From IMG/VR virus record IMGVR_UViG_3300025830_000018, positions 1-30,104 of that record: a stretch of 30,104 nucleotides of DNA; one strand, given 5' to 3'. The stretch is from a virus. Its lineage: Duplodnaviria; Caudoviricetes. This document shows positions 1 to 8,826 of the stretch, one piece after another. The notes under the pieces were generated by a model, which searched no databases, was not told the DNA's origin, and saw only the letters and a list, made by a program, of their open reading frames with translations. Position numbers and translations under genes: made by a program. Positions within the stretch are counted from its first letter, which is position 1; each line of letters starts with the position of its first letter.

Positions 1-1455
1 TTAATACTTCAACTACAACGCAAACATCAAGAACTACAACTATATCTACAAACAGAGCCACTACTACTGCTTTTAATACTTCTACCAGCACAGTAACAGT
101 ATTCAATACCAGTACAACAACTGTGTTTAATACAACAACTACATATAGTACTAACCAAGCTACAACCACCACCTTTAATACTAGCACAACGACTACATTT
201 GGTACTACAACTACATACAGTACAAATAGAGCAACTACTACTACATACGAAACTACAAAAACTACAAATACTGTATTTAACACAAGCACTGCTACAACTG
301 TTACTACTAGTACCACGGTGTCTACAAACGTTGATACTACAACTACGTTTAATACAAGCACGGCTACCGTTACTGTATTTAACACTTCAACTACAACCAC
401 ATTTATTACAACAACGACTTTTAATACTAGTACAGCTACTACTACAACTTTTAATACTAGTACTACAACAACTTTTAATACTACAACAACTGTATCAACA
501 AATAGAGCAACAACTACTACTTTCAATACTAGTACAGCTACTGTTACTGTATTTAATACATCAACTGTAACACAAAAAGCAACTAGTACTGTAGTTAGTA
601 CAAATAGAGCAACAAGCACGACAGTATCTACAAACATCGATACTACCACAACTTTTAATACATCAACCAACACTATTACGGCATATACAACAACATACTC
701 AACTAATGTAGATACTACAACAACTTTTAATACTACAAGAGGTACAACAACTGCTTATAATACAAATACTAGTACAACCACTGTATTTAACACATCAACA
801 AATACTAGTAAAGCTACAAATACAGTAGTGTCAACTAATAGAACAACTAATACCGTATTTAATACATCAACAAATACAATAACGGTATTTAATACTACAA
901 CAGCTACAGTAACAACGTTTAACACTAGCACAGCTACCACAACTACTTTTAACACAAGTACTAACACTATAACTGTATATAGCACGACGTACGAAACAAA
1001 TATTGACACAACCACAACCTTTAACACATCAAGAACTACAATATTTATAACTACTATAAGTACAAATAGAAACACAACAACTGTATTTAATACAAGTACT
1101 GTTACGGAGAAAGCTACAAGTACTGTTGTGTCAACTAACAGAGCCACTACAACTACATACGAAACAAGCAAATCTACCAGCACGGCTACAGGAACAATCA
1201 GAATCACAGCCACAGTATTTAATACTACCACAGCTACAACTACCACGTTCAACACCACAACAGCAACTGTTACTGTATTTAACACGTCAACCCTTACAAA
1301 CAGAAATACAACTACAACTTACAACACTTCAACTAACACAACAACTGTGGTATCAACTAATAGAGCTACTACTACAACTTACAATACTACAAGAGCAACC
1401 AATACTGTTATAAGTACTAACACGGTATTTAACACAACAACAACATTTACTACTG
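1..1455 (+). repeat. Degenerate coding tandem repeat (mostly 30-nt and 42-nt units; ACN-codon rich, G-poor on + strand)
   Basis: Recurring tttaa(t/c)ac(t/a)..., tcaac(a/t)aa(t/c)agagc and actacaac motifs. Synonymous codons vary between units while the peptide unit is retained. Confidence 0.9.
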
Positions 1456-1529
1456 GTATATCTTTTTACAATACTACAAGAGCAGATTACAATACTGACA
1501 GGGTAGACTACAACAGCGTTGGCACCTAG
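3..1529 (+). CDS. Thr-rich repeat protein, 5'-partial (putative virion fibre/surface protein)
   Basis: The frame is open from position 3 (NTSTTTQTSRTTTISTNRATTTAFNTS...), so the GTG at 123 is an internal Val. It ends with TAG at 1527-1529. Built of FNTSTxTxTx / [VY]STNRATTTT units, with a short non-repetitive C-terminus GISFYNTTRADYNTDRVDYNSVGT. Confidence 0.85.
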   Translation, partial: NTSTTTQTSRTTTISTNRATTTAFNTSTSTVTVFNTSTTTVFNTTTTYSTNQATTTTFNTSTTTTFGTTTTYSTNRATTTTYETTKTTNTVFNTSTATTVTTSTTVSTNVDTTTTFNTSTATVTVFNTSTTTTFITTTTFNTSTATTTTFNTSTTTTFNTTTTVSTNRATTTTFNTSTATVTVFNTSTVTQKATSTVVSTNRATSTTVSTNIDTTTTFNTSTNTITAYTTTYSTNVDTTTTFNTTRGTTTAYNTNTSTTTVFNTSTNTSKATNTVVSTNRTTNTVFNTSTNTITVFNTTTATVTTFNTSTATTTTFNTSTNTITVYSTTYETNIDTTTTFNTSRTTIFITTISTNRNTTTVFNTSTVTEKATSTVVSTNRATTTTYETSKSTSTATGTIRITATVFNTTTATTTTFNTTTATVTVFNTSTLTNRNTTTTYNTSTNTTTVVSTNRATTTTYNTTRATNTVISTNTVFNTTTTFTTGISFYNTTRADYNTDRVDYNSVGT

Positions 1530-1588
1530 TTAGAAAAGATTAAAAGTGTGTAATAGTATATAAAGAAATTTAAATTTAATTTAATAAT

Positions 1589-2494
1589 ATGGAAATGTTT
1601 AATAGGAAGGTCCTTAAAGAAAGAATAGGGCACCTTCAAAAAAATGATAAGCTCGATTACTTAGAGCAAGTAGAAGGCTACGTTATACGAAAGTGTAGCG
1701 AAAACGGAATAGAGTATGCTTATGATGTAATGGCAGAGGAAATGCCTTACTTTAAAACAATGGCATACACAGAGTTGGCAACGTGTTTTTATTTACAGCC
1801 AATGAATTTTAAAATAAGAGATGCGCAATTACCAGACGCGTTTAATGATAAAGATCATGAAGTTTTAGATTATGCTTCTTATTTTGTAAGTAATATAACA
1901 GATAACACAGCCAACAAGTACAAAGATAGATTAGATGACTACCGAAAGTGGCCAGCTAAAGATTACTTAGTTATACTTCCAGGTTCAAACAAATTAAAAG
2001 ACAGATGTTGTTTGAATAAAATGAGGCATATACAAAGAACACATAAAGGTAACGTTTTATTTAAGCCACACCCGATAACAACCCATCAGATAATTGGTGA
2101 AATGAAAGATTTGTTTGGGCAGGAAAACGTATTGCCAAGAGAGATGGACATGTATTACTATATACAAAAGTCTAAGAAAGTTTACACAACGCATTTAAGT
2201 GAAAGTGCTGTATATGCAAGTGTATTAGGTAAAGACATAGAACCATTTGATGTATGGAACAATATATTTTATGGATCTTTTTATTGTGTTAGTAATCATT
2301 TGTTTGATAACAAGCATGATGCAAGAAATTATATCAACAAAGTTTTTTCAAGTCCTAAATCAGGAGTTATATGTCCTAGGATAGATAAAAACTGGAAAGA
2401 AAAAGTTGATAAGTACTTTGAATACATAACTGCTAAAAGAGATAAATATAAAAATTGGTTTATTGATAGCAGAAAACCAAAAAATAAAAAATAA
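1589..2494 (+). CDS. Putative GT-B fold glycosyltransferase (KpsS/KpsC, Capsule_synth-like)
   Basis: 301 aa. YLVILPG...VLFKPHP (FKPHP at 2060-2074) then VYTTHLSESAVYASVLGKDI (2180-2239). This parallels the KxHP ... VxTxxSxxxxEAxxxGKxV C-terminal Rossmann pattern of capsule-synthesis/CMP-sugar transferases. Confidence 0.6.
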   Translation: MEMFNRKVLKERIGHLQKNDKLDYLEQVEGYVIRKCSENGIEYAYDVMAEEMPYFKTMAYTELATCFYLQPMNFKIRDAQLPDAFNDKDHEVLDYASYFVSNITDNTANKYKDRLDDYRKWPAKDYLVILPGSNKLKDRCCLNKMRHIQRTHKGNVLFKPHPITTHQIIGEMKDLFGQENVLPREMDMYYYIQKSKKVYTTHLSESAVYASVLGKDIEPFDVWNNIFYGSFYCVSNHLFDNKHDARNYINKVFSSPKSGVICPRIDKNWKEKVDKYFEYITAKRDKYKNWFIDSRKPKNKK

Positions 2495-2505
2495 AATTTA
2501 ATACA

Positions 2506-2760
2506 ATGAAAATAAAAAAAGACGAACTAAAAGAATTACAAGATAGAGTTTCTAACATTAATCAAGCTAAGCTTAGACTTGGTACTTTAGAAACACAAAA
2601 GGTAGTAATAGCACAAGCTATTATAAATTTACAGAGACAACTAGAAGAGTTTCATCAGAAGATGGATGTGTTGTACGGTAAGGGTGATAAGTTGAACATT
2701 GATGTTAACTCAGGTGAATATCAAAAAATAGAGGAAGATGAAACTAATAAGAAAAATTAG
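2506..2760 (+). CDS. Small coiled-coil hypothetical protein (possible fibre assembly chaperone)
   Basis: 84 aa with heptad-like L/I/Q spacing and a YG...NIDVNSGEY tail. Lies just downstream of the fibre-like gene; function inferred from position only. Confidence 0.65.
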   Translation: MKIKKDELKELQDRVSNINQAKLRLGTLETQKVVIAQAIINLQRQLEEFHQKMDVLYGKGDKLNIDVNSGEYQKIEEDETNKKN

Positions 2761-2956
2761 TGTTGGCAAAGATTACAAGAACGATGCTATGCACTATTCT
2801 GTAGGTCAAGAGGTTTATGGCGGGCACACTATTTGTGATATCATAGACGGTAAAGACAAATATAGTGTGTTTATTAAAAAAAATGAAGACGTATTACCAT
2901 GGAAAGACTTTAATAAAAACATGGCAATATCAGTCGAGTATAACCTAGAGTATTGA
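2738..2956 (+). CDS. Hypothetical phage protein
   Basis: 72 aa, overlaps both neighbours, normal composition (IRKISVGKDYKNDAMHYSVGQ...). Confidence 0.75.
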   Translation: MKLIRKISVGKDYKNDAMHYSVGQEVYGGHTICDIIDGKDKYSVFIKKNEDVLPWKDFNKNMAISVEYNLEY

Positions 2957-3549
2957 AAGGGTTATTTGACTTTATCATAACACCAAAAGGTAAACGCTAC
3001 AACAACACGAAACAAGTAGGTGATACTAAACTCGTGCTGAACGCTTCAATAGAAGATCATTTAATGATAAACCGTACAGGAGTTGTAAAAGCGTTACCTA
3101 AAGTTGGTGATACTAATATACAAATTGGTGATGAAGTAATTCTTCACCATAATGTATTTAGACGTTGGTATAACGCAGAGGGCTTAGAGAAAAACAGTAG
3201 AAGCTTTATAGATGAGCATACATACTGTGTTGCTAAAGACCAAATATTTTTATATAAAAGTAAAGGTATATGGACTGCGCCTGATGAGTATTGTTTTGTA
3301 AAACCAATAAAATCATATGAGAAGTTTAGTGAGGAAAAAGAACAACCTTTGATTGGTGTTTTAAAATATTCTAATAATTCCTTAGACGCGCTAGGAATAA
3401 CAAAAAATACTTTAGTGGGGTTTAGTCCCAATAGTAAGTTTGAGTTTGTTATAGAGCGCGAGAGGTTATATAGAGTGTTAACTAATTCAATTACAATTAA
3501 ATATGAATATCAAGGACAAGAAGAAGAATATAATCCAAGCTGGTTATAA
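2953..3549 (+). CDS. GroES-like co-chaperonin with two tandem GroES-type domains
   Basis: 198 aa, TTG start overlapping the upstream TGA (TTGA). Two units: FIITP...GVVKALP...IQIGDEVIL...VAKDQIF and CFVKPI...GVLKY...GITKNTLVGF...FVIERERLYRVLTNSI. Both follow the GroES beta-barrel pattern. Confidence 0.6.
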   Translation: MKGLFDFIITPKGKRYNNTKQVGDTKLVLNASIEDHLMINRTGVVKALPKVGDTNIQIGDEVILHHNVFRRWYNAEGLEKNSRSFIDEHTYCVAKDQIFLYKSKGIWTAPDEYCFVKPIKSYEKFSEEKEQPLIGVLKYSNNSLDALGITKNTLVGFSPNSKFEFVIERERLYRVLTNSITIKYEYQGQEEEYNPSWL

Positions 3550-3775
3550 GGCGGTTGATGAATTAATTAAAGTAGCCAAAGAAGAAATTATAGATACAGA
3601 AGAAGATGTATCAGCTGATAGATTAAAAAATGCAGCAGCAACTAAAAAGCTAGCTATATTTGATGCGTTTGAAATATTAAACAAAATACAAGACGAGCAG
3701 AATATGTTAGATGGTAAATTGAAAGAAGATAAGCCACAAGCTTTTGGCGGCTTTGCTGAAAACAGATCTACATAA
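3503..3775 (+). CDS. Putative terminase small subunit
   Basis: 90 aa helical protein whose TAA overlaps the TerL ATG (TAATG). Call is based on position and size. Confidence 0.5.
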   Translation: MNIKDKKKNIIQAGYKAVDELIKVAKEEIIDTEEDVSADRLKNAAATKKLAIFDAFEILNKIQDEQNMLDGKLKEDKPQAFGGFAENRST

Positions 3776-5988
3776 TGTACAACCAAACATTATACAAAAT
3801 TGTTCAACCAATAAAGTTAACAACTGTTAATAGGTTAAACAAAAGTAAAAAGTGGAAGTACGGGTATAATAAAGAACACGACATTGTTGTTATATCTAAG
3901 ACAGGGCAGATTGGTGATATAATAGAAATACAAAACTTTCAAATAGCATTACCAAAAGCGCCAAAGAAAATACATAAGTTTGAAAATGACAAATGGCAAG
4001 TGATGCCATACCCAAAAGAACTCAATAAGATAAAATCAATATTTGATTGGAGAGAATATCCTGGTGAGTTTAAAAACAAATATATTGATTACATAGAGGA
4101 TGAATTTAAAAGAAGAGAAAATGGTTTCTGGTTTTATAACAAGGGTGTTGCTACTTATGTTACTGGTACTCATTACATGTACCTCCAATGGTCAAAGATT
4201 GACGTTGGACACCCTGATTTTAGAGAAGCAAATAGATTATTCTTTATATTCTGGGAAGCTTGTAAATCAGATACAAGATCATATGGCATGTGTTACCTTA
4301 AAAACAGACGATCTGGTTTTTCATTTATGGCCTCAGGTGAAATCGTTAACCTTGCCACAATATCATCAGATGCAAGATTCGGTATATTATCTAAGTCTGG
4401 TGCCGACGCTAAAAAGATGTTCACGGATAAAGTTGTTCCAATATCAGTCAACTATCCTTTCTTTTTCAAACCTATACAGGATGGAATGGACAGGCCGAAG
4501 ACAGAGTTGGCGTACAGAGTACCAGCGTCTAAGCTTACAAGAAGAAAGCTTACCGTTGCTGCCAGCGATCAACCAGAAGAACTTACCGGTCTTGATACGA
4601 CTATCGATTGGAAAAACACCGGTGATAATTCATATGATGGTGAGAAACTAAAACTTCTTGCACACGATGAATCAGGTAAGTGGGAAAGACCAGATAATAT
4701 ATTAAACAACTGGAGAGTAACTAAAACAACTCTAAGATTAGGTAGTAGAATCATAGGTAAGTGTATGATGGGTAGTACTTGTAATGCACTAGATAAAGGT
4801 GGTGATAATTTTAAGAAATTATATTATAACTCTGACGTAACTAAAAGAAATAAAAATGGCCAAACAGCTTCAGGACTATATTCGTTTTTTATACCAATGG
4901 AGTGGAACTATGAAGGATTTATGGATGAGTATGGCTTACCTGTGTTTGATACACCAGATAACGAGATCCACGGCCCACACAACGACATTATTGATACTGG
5001 CGTTATAGATCACTGGCAAAATGAAGCAGATGGTTTAAAAAATGATCAAGATGCATTAAACGAGTTTTACAGACAGTTTCCAAGATCTGAAGAACATGCG
5101 TTTAGAGATGAAACAAAGAATAGTATATTTAATCTAGTAAAAATATACGAACAAATAGATTACAACGAAGAAACAAATCAAGGTGTATCTACTGGTAATT
5201 TTCAGTGGGTTAACGGGGTAAAAGATTCAAACGTACAGTTTTACCCAGATCCAGGCGGTAGATTTAAAGTTAGTTGGGTACCACCGTCACATTTGCAAAA
5301 TAAAGTAATTGACAAAAACGGAACTAATTATCCAGGCAATGAACACATGGGTGCTTTTGGTTGTGATAGTTATGATATATCAGGTACTGTAGACGGTTTA
5401 GGATCTAATGGTGCTTTACATGGATTAACAAAGTTTAGTATGGAGGACGCGCCTCCTAGTCAATTCTTTTTAGAGTACGTGGCTAGACCAGCAACCGCTG
5501 AAATATTTTTTGAAGATGTTTTAATGGCATTAGTGTTTTATGGCATGCCAATACTTGCAGAGAATAACAAACCACGTTTATTGTATCATTTAAGAAGACG
5601 CGGTTATAGAGGTTATTCAATGAATAGGCCAGATAAAGTTTGGAATAAACTATCAACCACAGAAAAAGAAATAGGTGGTATACCAAATTCTAGTGAAGAT
5701 ATAAAGCAAGCTCACGCGGCAGCTATTGAAACTTACATACAACAAAATGTAGGTTTAAAGTCAGATGGAGGTTGTGGTAACATGTATTTTAACAGAACAC
5801 TAAATGATTGGTCGAGGTTTGATATTACTAAGCGTACTAAGTTTGATGCTACTATTAGCAGCGGGCTTGCTATTATGGCATGTAATAGACACCTTTATCA
5901 GCCGAATAAAAAGATTCAAAAAGCAAAAGTAGACTTAAGTTTTTCAAAGTATAATAACGAAGGTTTTACTTCACAAATAATAAAATAA
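3775..5988 (+). CDS. terL: Terminase large subunit
   Basis: 737 aa. Walker A-like LKNRRSGFS (about 4297-4323), Walker B LLAHDESGKW, coupling motif MGST, RNase H-like nuclease FGCDSYD...AENN...FDATISSG. Directly upstream of the portal. Confidence 0.93.
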   Translation: MYNQTLYKIVQPIKLTTVNRLNKSKKWKYGYNKEHDIVVISKTGQIGDIIEIQNFQIALPKAPKKIHKFENDKWQVMPYPKELNKIKSIFDWREYPGEFKNKYIDYIEDEFKRRENGFWFYNKGVATYVTGTHYMYLQWSKIDVGHPDFREANRLFFIFWEACKSDTRSYGMCYLKNRRSGFSFMASGEIVNLATISSDARFGILSKSGADAKKMFTDKVVPISVNYPFFFKPIQDGMDRPKTELAYRVPASKLTRRKLTVAASDQPEELTGLDTTIDWKNTGDNSYDGEKLKLLAHDESGKWERPDNILNNWRVTKTTLRLGSRIIGKCMMGSTCNALDKGGDNFKKLYYNSDVTKRNKNGQTASGLYSFFIPMEWNYEGFMDEYGLPVFDTPDNEIHGPHNDIIDTGVIDHWQNEADGLKNDQDALNEFYRQFPRSEEHAFRDETKNSIFNLVKIYEQIDYNEETNQGVSTGNFQWVNGVKDSNVQFYPDPGGRFKVSWVPPSHLQNKVIDKNGTNYPGNEHMGAFGCDSYDISGTVDGLGSNGALHGLTKFSMEDAPPSQFFLEYVARPATAEIFFEDVLMALVFYGMPILAENNKPRLLYHLRRRGYRGYSMNRPDKVWNKLSTTEKEIGGIPNSSEDIKQAHAAAIETYIQQNVGLKSDGGCGNMYFNRTLNDWSRFDITKRTKFDATISSGLAIMACNRHLYQPNKKIQKAKVDLSFSKYNNEGFTSQIIK

Positions 5989-5991
5989 AAG

Positions 5992-8400
5992 ATGAACACA
6001 AAAAGTGCACAAAATTATTTTCCAAGTCAAGTAGTCAGTGATCAAGAAAAGAACAGCTACGAGTACGGATTAAAAGTAGGTCAAGCAATTGAAGCTGAAT
6101 GGTTTGGTAAGGACTTTAATTCTAATAGATTTAGTTTAAACCAACAAGATTTTCACAAGTTAAGATTATATGCAAGAGGCGAACAATCAGTTCAAAAATA
6201 TAAAGATGAATTATCAATTAACGGTGATTTATCATATCTAAATCTAGACTGGACACCAGTCCCTGTAATTCCAAAATTTGTTGATATTGTTGTTAATGGT
6301 ATAGCAGAAAGGGCTTATGATATTAAAGCATATTCTCAAGATCCATTTGGTGTTCAAAAAAGAACTGAATATATGGAGTCAATAATAAGAGACATGCAAA
6401 CGGCAGAGTTTCAAGATGAGGCTATAAATCAGTTTGGTATTAATCTATATGAAAACGATAAAGCAGAATTACCTGGTTCACAAGAAGAGTTAGAGCTTCA
6501 CATGCAATTAACTTATAAGCAATCAATAGAAATAGCAGAGGAGCAAGCAATAAACGTTTTGTTTGATGGTAATAAATACGATCAAACATTAAAAAGATTG
6601 TATTATGATATAGCGGTGCTTGGTATAGCTGCCGTTAAAAATAACTTTGATACATCATCAGGTATAACAGTTGATTATGTTGATCCTGCTAATTTAGTAT
6701 ACTCATACACTGAGTCTCCGTATTTTGATGATATATATTACTGTGGTGAAGTAAAAAATATACCTATAAACGAGTTAAAAAAACAATTTCCACAATTAAC
6801 AAATGAAGATTTATTGGAAATAGAAGATCAACCACATCAAAATGCATACGCGGCAAATAGATACAGTTCATCATACAATGATAATAATGTTGATAATAAT
6901 ATCGCTCAAGTATTATATTTTAATTATAAAACATATAACAATGAAGTATATAAGTTAAAACAAACAGGTACGGGTGGTTCAAAGGCTATACAAAAAGATG
7001 ATTCATTTGAAGCTGTTGGTGAAGTTCCATTTGAAAAATTATCTAACTCACTAGAAGTTCTATACGAAGGAGCATTAATATTAGGTACAAAAAAATTATT
7101 AAAGTGGAATTTAGCTCAAAACATGTTAAGACCAAAGAGTGATTATACTAAGGTTAAAATGAATTATGCTATACATGCACCAAGAATATACAAGGGAAGA
7201 ATAGAATCATTAGTAAAAAGGGTAACAGGTTTTGCTGATATGATACAGTTAACTCACTTGAAGTTACAGCAAGTAATGTCAAGATTAGTACCTGATGGTG
7301 TTTACTTAGATGCCGACGGTTTAGCTGAAGTTGATTTAGGTAACGGTACAAATTATAATCCACAAGAAGCATTAAATATGTTCTTCCAAACTGGTAGTAT
7401 CATAGGTAGATCAATAACGCAAGAAGGTGATCCTAACCCTGGTAAAGTTCCTATACAAGAAATATCAAGTGGTAGTGGTGGTCAAAAGCTACAAAGTTTA
7501 ATCACTACATACAATTATTATTTACAAATGATAAGAGATGTAACTGGATTAAACGAAGCTAGAGATGCTAGCACACCAGATGCAAACGCTTTAGTAGGTG
7601 TACAAAAACTAGCAGCTGCAAATTCAAACGTTGCAACAAGGCATATATTACAAGGCGGTTTATTTTTAACATCAGAACTAGCAGAAAACTTATCATTGAG
7701 AATATCAGATGTTATAGAGTATTCACCAACAAGAGACGCATTTATACAAGCAATTGGCGCACACAACGTAGCAACATTAGCAGAGCTAAGTGAATTACAC
7801 TTGTATGACTTTGGTATATTCTTACAGTTACAACCTGATGAAGAAGAAAAACAATTATTAGAAAACAATATACAAATGGCTTTACAAGCTAATAGTATAG
7901 AACTTGAAGATGCAATTGATATTAGAGAAGTTAGAAATATAAAGCTTGCAAATCAATTACTAAAGTTAAGACGTAAAAAGAAAATAGAAAGAGATCAAGC
8001 TATAGCACAGCAAAACATACAACAACAAGCTCAAGCTAACGCACAAGCACAACAGGTTGCCGCTCAAGCTGAAGTTCAAAAACAACAAGCTATACAAGCG
8101 CTGGAGCTACAAAACAATGCACAGCAAGCTGAACTTGACGCTAACAAATTACAACTTGAAGCTGAACTTAAAAAACAATTAATGGAGCAAGAGTTTCAGT
8201 ATAACTTACAACTAAAGCAAGCTGACAAACAAGCTGCAAGGGCTATGGAAGAAGGTCGTGAAGATAGAAAAGACACAAGAGTTGTGATGCAAGGTATGGA
8301 GCAAAGAAAAACTGCTGCATCAAAAAATAAAAATTTTGAATCTTCAGGTAATGATATAATAAGTGGAGATATTGGTTTAGGAAGATTCGAACCAAGTTAA
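5992..8400 (+). CDS. Portal protein
   Basis: 802 aa after TerL. PVIPKFVDIVVNG, IRDVTGLNEARD and a long Gln/Ala-rich C-terminal coiled coil (barrel), as in P22-like and crAss-like portals. Confidence 0.88.
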   Translation: MNTKSAQNYFPSQVVSDQEKNSYEYGLKVGQAIEAEWFGKDFNSNRFSLNQQDFHKLRLYARGEQSVQKYKDELSINGDLSYLNLDWTPVPVIPKFVDIVVNGIAERAYDIKAYSQDPFGVQKRTEYMESIIRDMQTAEFQDEAINQFGINLYENDKAELPGSQEELELHMQLTYKQSIEIAEEQAINVLFDGNKYDQTLKRLYYDIAVLGIAAVKNNFDTSSGITVDYVDPANLVYSYTESPYFDDIYYCGEVKNIPINELKKQFPQLTNEDLLEIEDQPHQNAYAANRYSSSYNDNNVDNNIAQVLYFNYKTYNNEVYKLKQTGTGGSKAIQKDDSFEAVGEVPFEKLSNSLEVLYEGALILGTKKLLKWNLAQNMLRPKSDYTKVKMNYAIHAPRIYKGRIESLVKRVTGFADMIQLTHLKLQQVMSRLVPDGVYLDADGLAEVDLGNGTNYNPQEALNMFFQTGSIIGRSITQEGDPNPGKVPIQEISSGSGGQKLQSLITTYNYYLQMIRDVTGLNEARDASTPDANALVGVQKLAAANSNVATRHILQGGLFLTSELAENLSLRISDVIEYSPTRDAFIQAIGAHNVATLAELSELHLYDFGIFLQLQPDEEEKQLLENNIQMALQANSIELEDAIDIREVRNIKLANQLLKLRRKKKIERDQAIAQQNIQQQAQANAQAQQVAAQAEVQKQQAIQALELQNNAQQAELDANKLQLEAELKKQLMEQEFQYNLQLKQADKQAARAMEEGREDRKDTRVVMQGMEQRKTAASKNKNFESSGNDIISGDIGLGRFEPS

Positions 8401-8424
8401 TGTTTAACAAATAAATAAATAATA

Positions 8425-8781
8425 ATGGCAATAGTAACTAATGATTGGACTGGTAAGATAACTGGATCTGTTTTTACAACAGCGTCTAGTGATGCTATAA
8501 AACCTCCTACGGGTCATGTATTTGTAGCTATAACAGCTTTAACAGCAACAGATTTTGATAGCTCAGGTGGCTTGGTTGCAGATGACGCAACTGTTTGGGC
8601 TAACTCTGAAGGAGCAGCTAATGATGCAGATGCTGACGCTGAAACAACAAGTTTAGGATCTGGTGGTGTGCAAATAACACAAACTAATGTAGATGTTCCA
8701 GCTGGTGTAACAATTTACGGTAGATATACTGAGATCGATATAAACGCTGGACAAATTATAGCATACATAGGAAAAGCTTAA
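8425..8781 (+). CDS. Small beta-rich structural protein (possible head decoration/vertex protein)
   Basis: 118 aa, Thr/Ala/Gly-rich, ends VPAGVTIYGRYTEIDINAGQIIAYIG. Lies between portal and scaffold. Confidence 0.6.
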   Translation: MAIVTNDWTGKITGSVFTTASSDAIKPPTGHVFVAITALTATDFDSSGGLVADDATVWANSEGAANDADADAETTSLGSGGVQITQTNVDVPAGVTIYGRYTEIDINAGQIIAYIGKA

Positions 8782-8786
8782 GAAAT

Positions 8787-8800
8787 TGTACGAGAGTACA
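8787..8800 (+). promoter_or_regulatory. Small GNRA-tetraloop hairpin upstream of the scaffold gene
   Basis: TGTAC-GAGA-GTACA, a perfect 5-bp stem in an otherwise AT-rich intergenic region. Confidence 0.35.
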
Positions 8801-8826
8801 TATGTTTAATTTTATAATATTATATT

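Noticed and set aside
123-125. GTG start given for the 468-aa ORF
   Set aside because: The same frame and repeat pattern continue upstream to the window edge, so the gene is 5'-truncated.
199-1413. Alternative-frame and antisense ORFs (Leu/Gln-rich 199-570 and 1126-1413; Val-rich 755-1285) that look membrane-like
   Set aside because: They are shadows of the repeated ACN Thr codons and carry no independent signals.
1-1455. Possible CRISPR array or DGR-type repeat
   Set aside because: No identical repeats with unique spacers. Variation is synonymous and frame-preserving, and no cas or reverse transcriptase gene is in the window.
1527-1553. TAG stop reassignment as in some crAss-like phages
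   Set aside because: Long genes are intact under the standard code, and reading through this TAG reaches TAA within 8 codons.
8788-8796. GTACGAGAG matches part of the rRNA sarcin-ricin loop
   Set aside because: Only 9 nt. The flanks form a plain Watson-Crick stem, not the bulged-G motif, so chance or a generic GNRA hairpin explains it.
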